The notes beneath the pieces are model-generated. The model was not told where the DNA came from, did no database searches, and was given only the letters and a program-made list of their open reading frames with translations. The position numbers were made by a program, and so were the translations under genes. Positions 8,140 through 15,368 of a stretch of DNA of 32,000 nucleotides are shown piece after piece (position 1 is the stretch's first letter; each line of letters starts with the position of its first letter). The stretch is taken from assembly GCA_963843975.1 (NCBI GenBank), contig CAWJMG010000001.1, positions 930,001 through 962,000 on the forward strand, given 5' to 3'. The DNA comes from an uncultured Actinomycetes bacterium. Lineage in GTDB: Bacteria; Actinomycetota; Actinomycetes; S36-B12; CAIYMF01.

Positions 8140-8852
8140 GTCGGCTCGTCCCCCTGCTCAGCCTGATCAATCCGTCGTCTCCCGGCGCCGGAGACGACGG
8201 ATTGATCAGTGTCAGCGAGGTGGGCTTGCACGCGAGTGAGGACGGCGGCGGCGATCTCGTCGCGGCTGCCGGTCGCGGGGATCACGAGGTAGCGGGCAGG
8301 CTCTCGCGCGGCGAGGTCGCGGAACGCCTGGACGACGACGGCGTGGAACGACGTCGGCTCGTCCTCGAGACGGTTGGGGTCGGTGACCCTGTCGAGGCCT
8401 GCCCCGGCCTCGACGTCGAGCACGACGGTGAGGTCGGGCAGCAGGTGCCGCGTGGCCCAGAGGTTGAGCTCCTCCACGACGTCTCGGCCGAGGCCGCGAG
8501 CGACTCCCTGGTAGGCGATCGAGGAGTCGAGGTAGCGGTCGGTGATGACGACGGCGCCGCGCTCGAGCGCCGGCCGCACGAGGCGGGCGACGTGCTCGCC
8601 GCGCGAGGCTGCGAACAGCAGCGCCTCCGCGCGGGCGTCGAGGCCGGCGTACTGGGGGGTGAGCACGACGTCGCGGATCGCCTCGGCGGCGGGCGTGCCC
8701 CCGGGCTCGCGGGTGAGCACGACCTCGTGTCCGGCCGCCGTCAGCGCGTCCGCCAGCGCACGGGCCTGGGTCGACTTGCCGGCGCCGTCGCCGCCCTCGA
8801 ACGCGACGAACAGCCCCGGCAGCGGGGCGGTCGGCTCGGAGGCGTTGGTCAC
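8136..8852 (-). CDS. tmk: dTMP (thymidylate) kinase
   Basis: FVAFEGGDGAGKSTQ P-loop, TREPGGTP, DRYLDSSIAYQG. GTG start. The C-terminal roughly 30 aa are a non-conserved-looking tail that contains the palindrome below. Confidence 0.92.
   Translation of the reverse strand: MTNASEPTAPLPGLFVAFEGGDGAGKSTQARALADALTAAGHEVVLTREPGGTPAAEAIRDVVLTPQYAGLDARAEALLFAASRGEHVARLVRPALERGAVVITDRYLDSSIAYQGVARGLGRDVVEELNLWATRHLLPDLTVVLDVEAGAGLDRVTDPNRLEDEPTSFHAVVVQAFRDLAAREPARYLVIPATGSRDEIAAAVLTRVQAHLADTDQSVVSGAGRRRIDQAEQGDEPT
8163..8209. repeat. perfect 20-bp inverted repeat (7-nt loop) inside the tmk 3' coding tail
   Basis: CTGATCAATCCGTCGTCTCC (8163-8182), loop cggcgcc, GGAGACGACGGATTGATCAG (8190-8209). Read on the minus strand it encodes TDQSVVSGAGRRRIDQ and ends 23 nt before the holB GTG. 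Confidence 0.9.
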
Positions 8853-8861
8853 CCCGGCACC

Positions 8862-9458
8862 CTACGACCCCGCGGCGACACGACTCCCAGCGGACGCCGA
8901 GCCCAGCCAGGAGTGAGGGTTGCGGTCCCAGCACCAACCGAGGCGTGGGGCGCCGTACGACATCCAGAGCGCGGGCACCCGCTGGTCGGCCCGCCGGCTG
9001 GCCAGGAGGCTGTACGCCGTCCGCGTGTGCAGCGCGTCGGGCACCTGCAGCAGCAGGCTCACACCTTCGTCGATCGTGAGCGGCGTGCGGACCTCGGCAC
9101 GCAGCGCGATCAGCGCCGTCTCCGGGGTGACGTTGCGGAATCTCGCGCCGAGGTCGACGTCGAGCAGGAGGTACGCAGCGGCCGGCGGCTCGGCGCCTTC
9201 GATGGGCGCGAAGTCGTGCGGTCCGACGGGCGTCATGTCGACGCGCCCCGGCTTGCCCTTCGCGACCACGTGCGCCATCGCGCGGTCGAGGTCGAGCCCG
9301 CCTGCGACGAGCACGTAGGGCAGGTGGGCGGGATCGGACGCGGCTGCGTCGCCGGCGTACGCGCGGAGCGGCTCGAGGTCGGCGGTGACGCCGAGGCCGC
9401 GCAGGCGCTCGGCCTGCTCGTCGAACGTGGGCGCGAGGGTCGGGGCGGGTGCGGGCAC
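8862..9458 (-). CDS. conserved-looking hypothetical protein heading the tmk-holB operon
   Basis: Plausible part of ORF 8862..9731. GTG 9458 is preceded by GAGAGGA. Sequence ...LPYVLVAGGLDLDRAMAHVVAKGKPG...APRLGWCWDRNPHSWLGSAS. Upstream ORF residues are Arg/Pro junk. Stop lies 10 nt from the tmk start. Family uncertain. Confidence 0.65.
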   Translation of the reverse strand: MPAPAPTLAPTFDEQAERLRGLGVTADLEPLRAYAGDAAASDPAHLPYVLVAGGLDLDRAMAHVVAKGKPGRVDMTPVGPHDFAPIEGAEPPAAAYLLLDVDLGARFRNVTPETALIALRAEVRTPLTIDEGVSLLLQVPDALHTRTAYSLLASRRADQRVPALWMSYGAPRLGWCWDRNPHSWLGSASAGSRVAAGS

Positions 9459-9721
9459 GGGCGGTCCTCTCGTGGGCTGGCCCTGGTCAACGCACCGACC
9501 CATGCCCGGTGTTCCCGGCGTACGACCAGCGGACGGTCGGGCCCGACCCGCGCGAGATGTGCGAAACCCACTGGATTGGGGCGCGGTCCGGTGAGTTCGC
9601 GCATCTCGTGGACGACGCCGTCGTACCGCGACGGCGCAAGGTGCGGTTGACTCGGCGTACGCCGGGCCTCCGGCGGATCGCTGCGGCGGGCAGGGCACGA
9701 CCGGCAGACGGGTGCGCGTCA

Positions 9722-10441
9722 ATGGCGGCACGGTTCGAGGTGCTCGGCCTGGTGCCGACGGCGATGGGCGACATCGGCCTGTGGCGGCGCATCAACCCGT
9801 CCGGCGGCGACGACATCTACGAGGTGAAGCTCGGCGACGAGTACCTCATGTCGAGCGTGTTCACGGTCGCCGAGGTCGAGGTTGCGCGCCTCGCCCTCGC
9901 CGCGGCGCCGGACCGGCTCCTCGACGTCGTGGTGGGCGGCCTCGGCCTCGGCTACACCGCGCAGACCGTGCTCGACGACCCGCGCGTGCGGTCGCTGGTC
10001 GTCGTGGACGCGTTGGCGCCTGTCATCGACTGGCACGAGCGCGGCCTTGTACCGGTGAGCGTGTCGTCGGCGTCCGACGCGCGGTGCTCGTTGCTGCACG
10101 GCGACTTCTTCGCGCTGACCGCATCGGGCGGGTACGACGTACGGGATGCCGGGCGCCGGTACGACGCGATCGTGGTCGACATCGACCACTCTCCGCGGCA
10201 CCTGCTGCACCCGGGCCACGCGCCGTTCTACACGCCGGAGGGCACCGGTGCGCTCGCGTCGCGGCTGCTGCCGGGCGGCGTGTTCACGCTCTGGTCGAAC
10301 GACCCGCCGGACGACGACTACCTCGCGGTGCTGCGCACGGCGTTCGTCGACGTACGGTGCGACGTCGTCGAGTTCCCCAACCCGCTGCAGGACCGTGCCG
10401 CGACGAACTCGGTCTACGTCGCCTTCGCCCCGTCCGACTGA
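9722..10441 (+). CDS. spermidine synthase-like SAM-dependent methyltransferase-fold protein
   Basis: MAARFEVLGLV... with VVGGLGLGYTAQTVL (glycine-rich SAM loop), VVVDALAPVIDW and IVVDIDHSP. ATG 9722 is chosen within ORF 9449..10441. An earlier in-frame ATG at 9557 is possible. Confidence 0.7.
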   Translation: MAARFEVLGLVPTAMGDIGLWRRINPSGGDDIYEVKLGDEYLMSSVFTVAEVEVARLALAAAPDRLLDVVVGGLGLGYTAQTVLDDPRVRSLVVVDALAPVIDWHERGLVPVSVSSASDARCSLLHGDFFALTASGGYDVRDAGRRYDAIVVDIDHSPRHLLHPGHAPFYTPEGTGALASRLLPGGVFTLWSNDPPDDDYLAVLRTAFVDVRCDVVEFPNPLQDRAATNSVYVAFAPSD

Positions 10442-10452
10442 GCGCCCTCTCG

Positions 10453-11283
10453 CTACTGCTGCAACGGCTCCGTGACCTCGCGGGCCGTGACCTTCATCGC
10501 GGCGAGGATCGGGCCGCCGAACGTCGTGGCCATCGCGACGTCCGCCGCATCGCGTCCTACTCCGATGAGCACACGGCCCTTGCGGCGCACGTTGTTGCGC
10601 GGGTCGAACGTCCACCAGCGGTCACCGAGCCACACCTGCATCCACGCCGCGAAGTCCATCTCGACCGGCTCGGGTGTGACGTCGACGTCGGGCAGGTAGC
10701 CGAAGACGTAGCGCGCGGGGATGTTGAGCGCGCGGCAGAACGAGATCGCGAGGTGGGTGTAGTCGCGGCAGACGCCGAGGCGCGTGCTGTTGACGTCGGC
10801 CGCGGTCGACCACGCTGTGCTGCTGCCGTACTGGAACGTGAGGTGCGAGTTCACGTGGTCGCAGATCGCCTGCACGCGGCCGTAGCCCGGGGCGACGTCG
10901 CCGAAGAGGGTCCACGCCTCGTTCGCGAGGACGTCGGGGAGGCAGTAGCGGCTCGGCAGCGTGTAGACGAGGACGTCGTCGGGCAGTTCGTCCGGCGCGA
11001 TCTCGGGGGCGAAGAGGTCGAAGTCCTCGGCCGCATCCGGTACGTCCACCTCCGCGGAGTAGCGGAAGCTCGAGCGGCCGGCGGGCAGGACGACGCGGGT
11101 ACAGCGGTTCCCGTAGACGTCGACGTACGCACGGAGGTCCATGGTGGGCTGCGCGGTCCACGACTCGCGGATGTGCGTGACGACCGGGGACGGCGACGGC
11201 TGCACCTGAAAGATCGTCGAGGTGGGGACGGCCGAGTCGTAGGTGAAGTCGCAGCCGACCTCGATCCTCCTGTACGCGCTCAT
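10453..11283 (-). CDS. transglutaminase-like family protein (Bact_transglu_N + transglutaminase core)
   Basis: MSAYRRIEVGCDFTYDS... and catalytic Cys region GVCRDYTHLAISFCRALNIPARYVFGYL. ATG 11283 is preceded by GAGG. The upstream ORF extension looks non-coding. Confidence 0.85.
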   Translation of the reverse strand: MSAYRRIEVGCDFTYDSAVPTSTIFQVQPSPSPVVTHIRESWTAQPTMDLRAYVDVYGNRCTRVVLPAGRSSFRYSAEVDVPDAAEDFDLFAPEIAPDELPDDVLVYTLPSRYCLPDVLANEAWTLFGDVAPGYGRVQAICDHVNSHLTFQYGSSTAWSTAADVNSTRLGVCRDYTHLAISFCRALNIPARYVFGYLPDVDVTPEPVEMDFAAWMQVWLGDRWWTFDPRNNVRRKGRVLIGVGRDAADVAMATTFGGPILAAMKVTAREVTEPLQQ

Positions 11284-11465
11284 CACGTGAGCCTCGCACG
11301 GCTGCAGCCTCCGCGGTGCGGTCGGAGCCCGCGGATCCGGCGTACGGAGTCCGGTGAGCACGGACGGCGGCGATGTCGTGAGCGGAGTCACGTGCGTGGA
11401 GGCCGGGTGCGGCGGATTCTCCGACGCTGAGGCCGGCGCCGGCGCGGTCGTCGTACCCTGGCGCG

Positions 11466-11876
11466 ATGAGCGACGTGCTGGACGAGGGTCCCTTCTTCCA
11501 CGGCACCAAGGCCGACCTGCAGGTGGGGGATCTCCTCACGGCCGGCTTCCGGTCGAACTACCGGCCCGAGGTCGTGATGAACCACATCTACTTCACGGCT
11601 CTCGAGGGCGGCGCGGGTCTGGCCGCCGAGCTCGCGGCCGGGGACGCCGAGCCGCGGGTATACCTGGTCGAGCCGACGGGTGCGTTCGAGAACGACCCCA
11701 ACGTGACCGACAAGAAGTTCCCGGGCAATCCGACGCGGTCGTACCGCAGCACCGAGCCGGTCCGCGTCGTCGCCGAGGTGCACGGTTGGACCCGCCTCAC
11801 GCCCGAGGCGCTGCGGGAGTGGCGAGACCGGCTCGCCGTGATCCTGGCCGACGAGCGCGGCGAGATCATCAACTGA
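11466..11876 (+). CDS. arr: NAD+-rifampin ADP-ribosyltransferase
   Basis: 136 aa, colinear with M. smegmatis Arr: GPFFHGTKADLQVGDLLTAGF, HIYFTAL, YLVEPTGAFENDPNVTDKKFPGNPTRSYRSTEPVRVV. The H-Y-D catalytic positions are retained. Confidence 0.9.
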   Translation: MSDVLDEGPFFHGTKADLQVGDLLTAGFRSNYRPEVVMNHIYFTALEGGAGLAAELAAGDAEPRVYLVEPTGAFENDPNVTDKKFPGNPTRSYRSTEPVRVVAEVHGWTRLTPEALREWRDRLAVILADERGEIIN

Positions 11877-12047
11877 CCGCCGTACTGCGGGTCCGCCGTA
11901 CGACGACCTCGTGCCCCCGACGGCAGTCGCGTGCCCGATCGAGATCACGACTCTGGGCGGGATCCGTGCCGTTGAACGGCGCGATGCTTCCCTACGGGAA
12001 GAACCGCGAAGTTGTGGACGCGGGAGTGCCCGTGAAGGGCGCTTGGT

Positions 12048-12079
12048 GACCCTCAGGGGCGGAGAACGCCCTCGGGGTC
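12048..12079. terminator. interrupted GC hairpin between convergent arr and topA
   Basis: GACCC-TCA-GGGGCG gagaa CGCCC-TCG-GGGTC. The right arm abuts and overlaps the topA stop codon (12078-12080). No U-tract. Confidence 0.4.
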
Positions 12080-14789
12080 AGGCGTCGTCTCGGTCGAGGG
12101 TGGCTGTCGCCGTGGCTGAGGTCGCGGCGGTCTTCTTGGCCGCCGCCTTCTTCGCTGCCGTCTTCTTGGCCGCCGCCTTCTTGGCGGGCGCCTTCTTGGC
12201 GGCTGCCTTCTTCTTCGGTGCGGGGTCCTTGGCGCGGCGCTCGGCCAGCAGGTCGGCGGCGCGCTCGATGCCGATCGTGGCCGGGTCGTCGGCACGGCGC
12301 AGCGAGGCGTTGGTCTCGCCGTCGGTCACGTACGGGCCGAAGCGGCCCTCCTTGAGCGTCACCTCGCGGTTGGTCGCCGGGTCGACGCCGACCACGATGC
12401 CGGGCTTGGCCGCGGCCTGGCCGCGGCGCTGCTTCGGCGTCGCCATGAGCGCGAGCGCGCCCTCGAGGTCGATCGTGAAGATCGAGGCCTCGTCGGGCAG
12501 CGAGCGGGAGTCCTTGTCCTTGGTGATGTACGGGCCGTAGCGGCCGTTCTGCGCGGTGATCTCCACGCCGTCCGCCGGATCCGCACCGACCACGCGCGGC
12601 AGCGACAGCAGGCGCAGGGCGTCCTCGAGCGTGATCGTGTCCAGGGCCATGTCCGAGAAGAGCGACCCCGTGCGCGGCTTCGCCGACTTCGGCGCTCCCT
12701 CGGCGAGCACCTCGGTCACGTACGGCCCGTAGCGACCGGTCTTGGCGAGGATCGTCAGACCGGTCTCCGGGTCGACGCCCAGCTCGCGGTCGGCCGACGG
12801 CATCGCCATGAGCTCCTCGGCCTTGGCGGCCGTGAGCTCGTCGGGTGCGAGCTCCGCGGGCACGTTGGCGCGCTCGCCGTCGCGCTCGATGTAGGGGCCG
12901 TAGCGGCCGACGCGCAGCACGATGTCGGTGCCCTCGATCGGGAACGACGACAGCTCGCGCGCGTCGATCTCGCCGAGGTCGTTGACGAGCGGGTGCAGTC
13001 CGGCGAACTCCGAGTCGCCCCGGTAGAACTGGTCGAGCACCGTGACGCGGTCGGTCTCGCCGGACGCGACGGTGTCGAGCACCTCCTCGAGCTTCGCGGT
13101 GAAGTCGTAGTCGACAAGCCGCGTGAAGTGCTCCTCCATGAGGCGCACGACCGAGAAGGCCAGGAACGACGGCACGAGCGCCGACCCGCGCTTCACGACG
13201 TACCCGCGGTCGACGATCGTGCCCATGATCGCGGCGTACGTCGACGGACGGCCGATGCCCCGCTCCTCGAGCGCCTTCACGAGCGACGCCTCGGTGAAGC
13301 GCGGCGGCGGGTTGGTCGAGTGGCCCTCGGCCTCGAGCCGCACCGCGGTGATCGAGTCGCCGACCGACACGTTGGGCAGACGGCGCTCGGTGTCGTCGTC
13401 GTCCTTCTCGCGGTCGTCGTCGACCGACTCCTCGTACGCCGCGAGGAACCCGCGGAACGTGATGATCGTGCCGGACGCCGAGAACTCGGCGTCGCGGCCG
13501 TCGGCAGCGACCGCGCCGAGGCGGATCGTGGCGGTCTGGCCGCGCGCGTCGGCCATCTGCGAGGCGACGGTGCGCTTCCAGATGAGGTCGTAGAGCGCGA
13601 AGTCGTCGCCGCGCAGCTCGCCGGCGACATCGGCCGGCGTGCGGAAGGAGTCGCCCGCGGGGCGCACGGCCTCGTGCGCCTCCTGCGCGTTCTTCACCTT
13701 GCGGTCGTAGCGGCGCGGCACCTCCGACACGTGGTCGGCGCCATACAGCTCGGACGCCTGGCGACGCGCGGCCTGCACCGCCGACTCCGACAGCGTGGTC
13801 GAGTCGGTACGCATGTAGGTGATGAAGCCGCGCTCGTACAGGCCCTGCGCCACGCGCATGGTGCGCTGGGCGCCCCAGCGCAGCTTGCGCGAGGCCTCCT
13901 GCTGCAGCGTCGAGGTCATGAAGGGGGCGGCGGGCGAACGCTTGTAGGGCTTGTCCTCGACCGAGCGGACGGCGAAGGCCGAGCCCACGAGAGAGGCGGC
14001 CAGCGAGGTCGCAGCCTCCTCGGACAGGTGCGCGGCGTCGGCGCGGGTGAGCGTTCCGCGGTCGTCGAAGTCCTTGCCCGACGCGACGCGCTTGCCGTCG
14101 ACCTGCACGAGCTTGGCGCTGAACGACTGCGGGTCGAACAGACCCTCGATGTCCCAGTACGACGCCGAGCGGAACGCGATGCGCTCACGCTCGCGGTCGA
14201 CGACCAGGCGGGTGGCGACGGACTGCACGCGGCCGGCGGACAGGCCGGTCATGACCTTCTTCCACAGGACCGGCGAGACCTCGTAGCCGTAGAGGCGGTC
14301 GAGGATGCGGCGGGTCTCCTGCGCGTCGACCATGTTCTGGTCGAGGTCGCGGGTCTCCTCGGCGGCGCGCTGGATCGCGTCCTTGGTGATCTCGTGGAAG
14401 ACCATCCGCTTCACGGGCACGGTCGGCGAGAGCACCTCGAGCAGGTGCCACGCGATTGCCTCGCCCTCGCGGTCCTCATCCGTCGCGAGCAGGAGCTCGT
14501 CGGCGCCGGCGAGCAGCTTCTTGAGCTCGGCGACCTTCGTGCGCTTGTCGGCGTCCACGACGTACAGCGCCTGGTAGCCGTGGTCGACGTCGACCCCGAG
14601 CCGCGACCAGGACTCGCCCTTGTACTTGGCGGGGATGTCGGAGGCGCGCTTCGGGAGGTCGCGGATGTGCCCCACGGACGCCTCGACGTCGTACCCGTCG
14701 CCGAGGTAGCCCTGGATCGTCTTGGCCTTGGCCGGCGACTCCACGATCACGAGCCGTCGACCGGTCGCTGCCTTGGCCTTGGGGGGCAC
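12078..14789 (-). CDS. topA: DNA topoisomerase I with Lys/Ala-repeat C-terminal tail
   Basis: 903 aa. Toprim RLVIVESPAKAKTIQGYLG. Active-site Tyr region ERGFITYMRTDS. Repeated GRYGPY modules. Tail KKKAAAKKAPAKKAAAKKTAAKKAAAKK. GAAGGAG RBS precedes GTG 14789. Confidence 0.97.
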   Translation of the reverse strand: MPPKAKAATGRRLVIVESPAKAKTIQGYLGDGYDVEASVGHIRDLPKRASDIPAKYKGESWSRLGVDVDHGYQALYVVDADKRTKVAELKKLLAGADELLLATDEDREGEAIAWHLLEVLSPTVPVKRMVFHEITKDAIQRAAEETRDLDQNMVDAQETRRILDRLYGYEVSPVLWKKVMTGLSAGRVQSVATRLVVDRERERIAFRSASYWDIEGLFDPQSFSAKLVQVDGKRVASGKDFDDRGTLTRADAAHLSEEAATSLAASLVGSAFAVRSVEDKPYKRSPAAPFMTSTLQQEASRKLRWGAQRTMRVAQGLYERGFITYMRTDSTTLSESAVQAARRQASELYGADHVSEVPRRYDRKVKNAQEAHEAVRPAGDSFRTPADVAGELRGDDFALYDLIWKRTVASQMADARGQTATIRLGAVAADGRDAEFSASGTIITFRGFLAAYEESVDDDREKDDDDTERRLPNVSVGDSITAVRLEAEGHSTNPPPRFTEASLVKALEERGIGRPSTYAAIMGTIVDRGYVVKRGSALVPSFLAFSVVRLMEEHFTRLVDYDFTAKLEEVLDTVASGETDRVTVLDQFYRGDSEFAGLHPLVNDLGEIDARELSSFPIEGTDIVLRVGRYGPYIERDGERANVPAELAPDELTAAKAEELMAMPSADRELGVDPETGLTILAKTGRYGPYVTEVLAEGAPKSAKPRTGSLFSDMALDTITLEDALRLLSLPRVVGADPADGVEITAQNGRYGPYITKDKDSRSLPDEASIFTIDLEGALALMATPKQRRGQAAAKPGIVVGVDPATNREVTLKEGRFGPYVTDGETNASLRRADDPATIGIERAADLLAERRAKDPAPKKKAAAKKAPAKKAAAKKTAAKKAAAKKTAATSATATATLDRDDA

Positions 14790-14963
14790 GACACTCCTTC
14801 TCTAGCGGTGCGCCGCTGATGCGGCACGCGGGGAGTCTCACAGCACGCCGGGGCGGTCTGTCAAACGCCCCGATCATGACGCGGCGTGCCGAGGACCGCT
14901 CCACCAGGGTCGTCGTCGCAGGTCAGAGGCCCACGGAGGGGGTCGCGGCGGAGGTGACCGGGC

Positions 14964-15368
14964 TCACCTGCGCGGGGCCAGCTGCATGCCCTCGGCGAGC
15001 AGGTCGTACGCCGCCGCCCACGCGGCACCGGTGGCCTCGTCGTACGCCGGATCCGCAGCCGCGAGCGTCTCGAGCAGCACCTGGCCGACGGCGGCGTACT
15101 GCCCCGCGCTCACACGGTGGACGTGGTGGAGCCGGCCGAGCTGCTCGGCACGGTCGGAGAAGGCGACGAAGTCGGGCATCGCCTCGACGATCGCGGCGAT
15201 CGACGCCGCGAACTTCACCTCCTGGCCGGTGTTGTCGGCGGGGAACATCGCCCGCACCTCCGGGTGGACGGCGAACAGCCGCGCGTAGAAGTCGGCCGAG
15301 AGCGCGCCGAGCTGGGGGGCCACCCGCCCGGCGCTCGCGGCGACGAGCTCGATCTCCTCGGGGGTCAT
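14964..15368 (-). CDS. single-domain globin (Vitreoscilla Hb / flavohemoglobin-lineage globin domain)
   Basis: 134 aa. FYARLFAVHPEVRAMF and proximal-His region LGRLHHVHRVSAGQYAAVGQVLL align with VHb ([39 protein letters not shown]). Its ATG overlaps the stop of the upstream regulator (ATGA). Confidence 0.85.
   Translation of the reverse strand: MTPEEIELVAASAGRVAPQLGALSADFYARLFAVHPEVRAMFPADNTGQEVKFAASIAAIVEAMPDFVAFSDRAEQLGRLHHVHRVSAGQYAAVGQVLLETLAAADPAYDEATGAAWAAAYDLLAEGMQLAPRR

Noticed and set aside
11432-11443. 12-bp perfect palindrome GCCGGCGCCGGC 23 nt upstream of arr, plus CACGTG-containing palindromes at 11283-11290 and 11388-11396, considered as a rifamycin-associated element or operator
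   Set aside because: Pure G/C palindromes of this length are expected by chance at this base composition. They do not resemble the RAE as far as I recall it, and I cannot verify the consensus without a reference.
11911-12540. Plus-strand ORF with AAFF/LAAAFF repeats and the nucleotide tandem repeats at about 12100-12240
   Set aside because: This is the antisense image of the Lys/Ala-repeat C-terminal tail of TopA (AAKK repeats). That tail is a known feature of actinobacterial topoisomerase I, not an independent repeat element or gene.
14849-14872. Hairpin CGGGGCG-N10-CGCCCCG upstream of topA whose loop, on the minus strand, contains TTGACA. Considered as the globin-operon terminator and/or the topA -35 element.
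   Set aside because: No convincing -10 (TANNNT) at 16-19 nt spacing, only GAGACT. There is no U-tract and the stem is short. The evidence is insufficient to call either feature.
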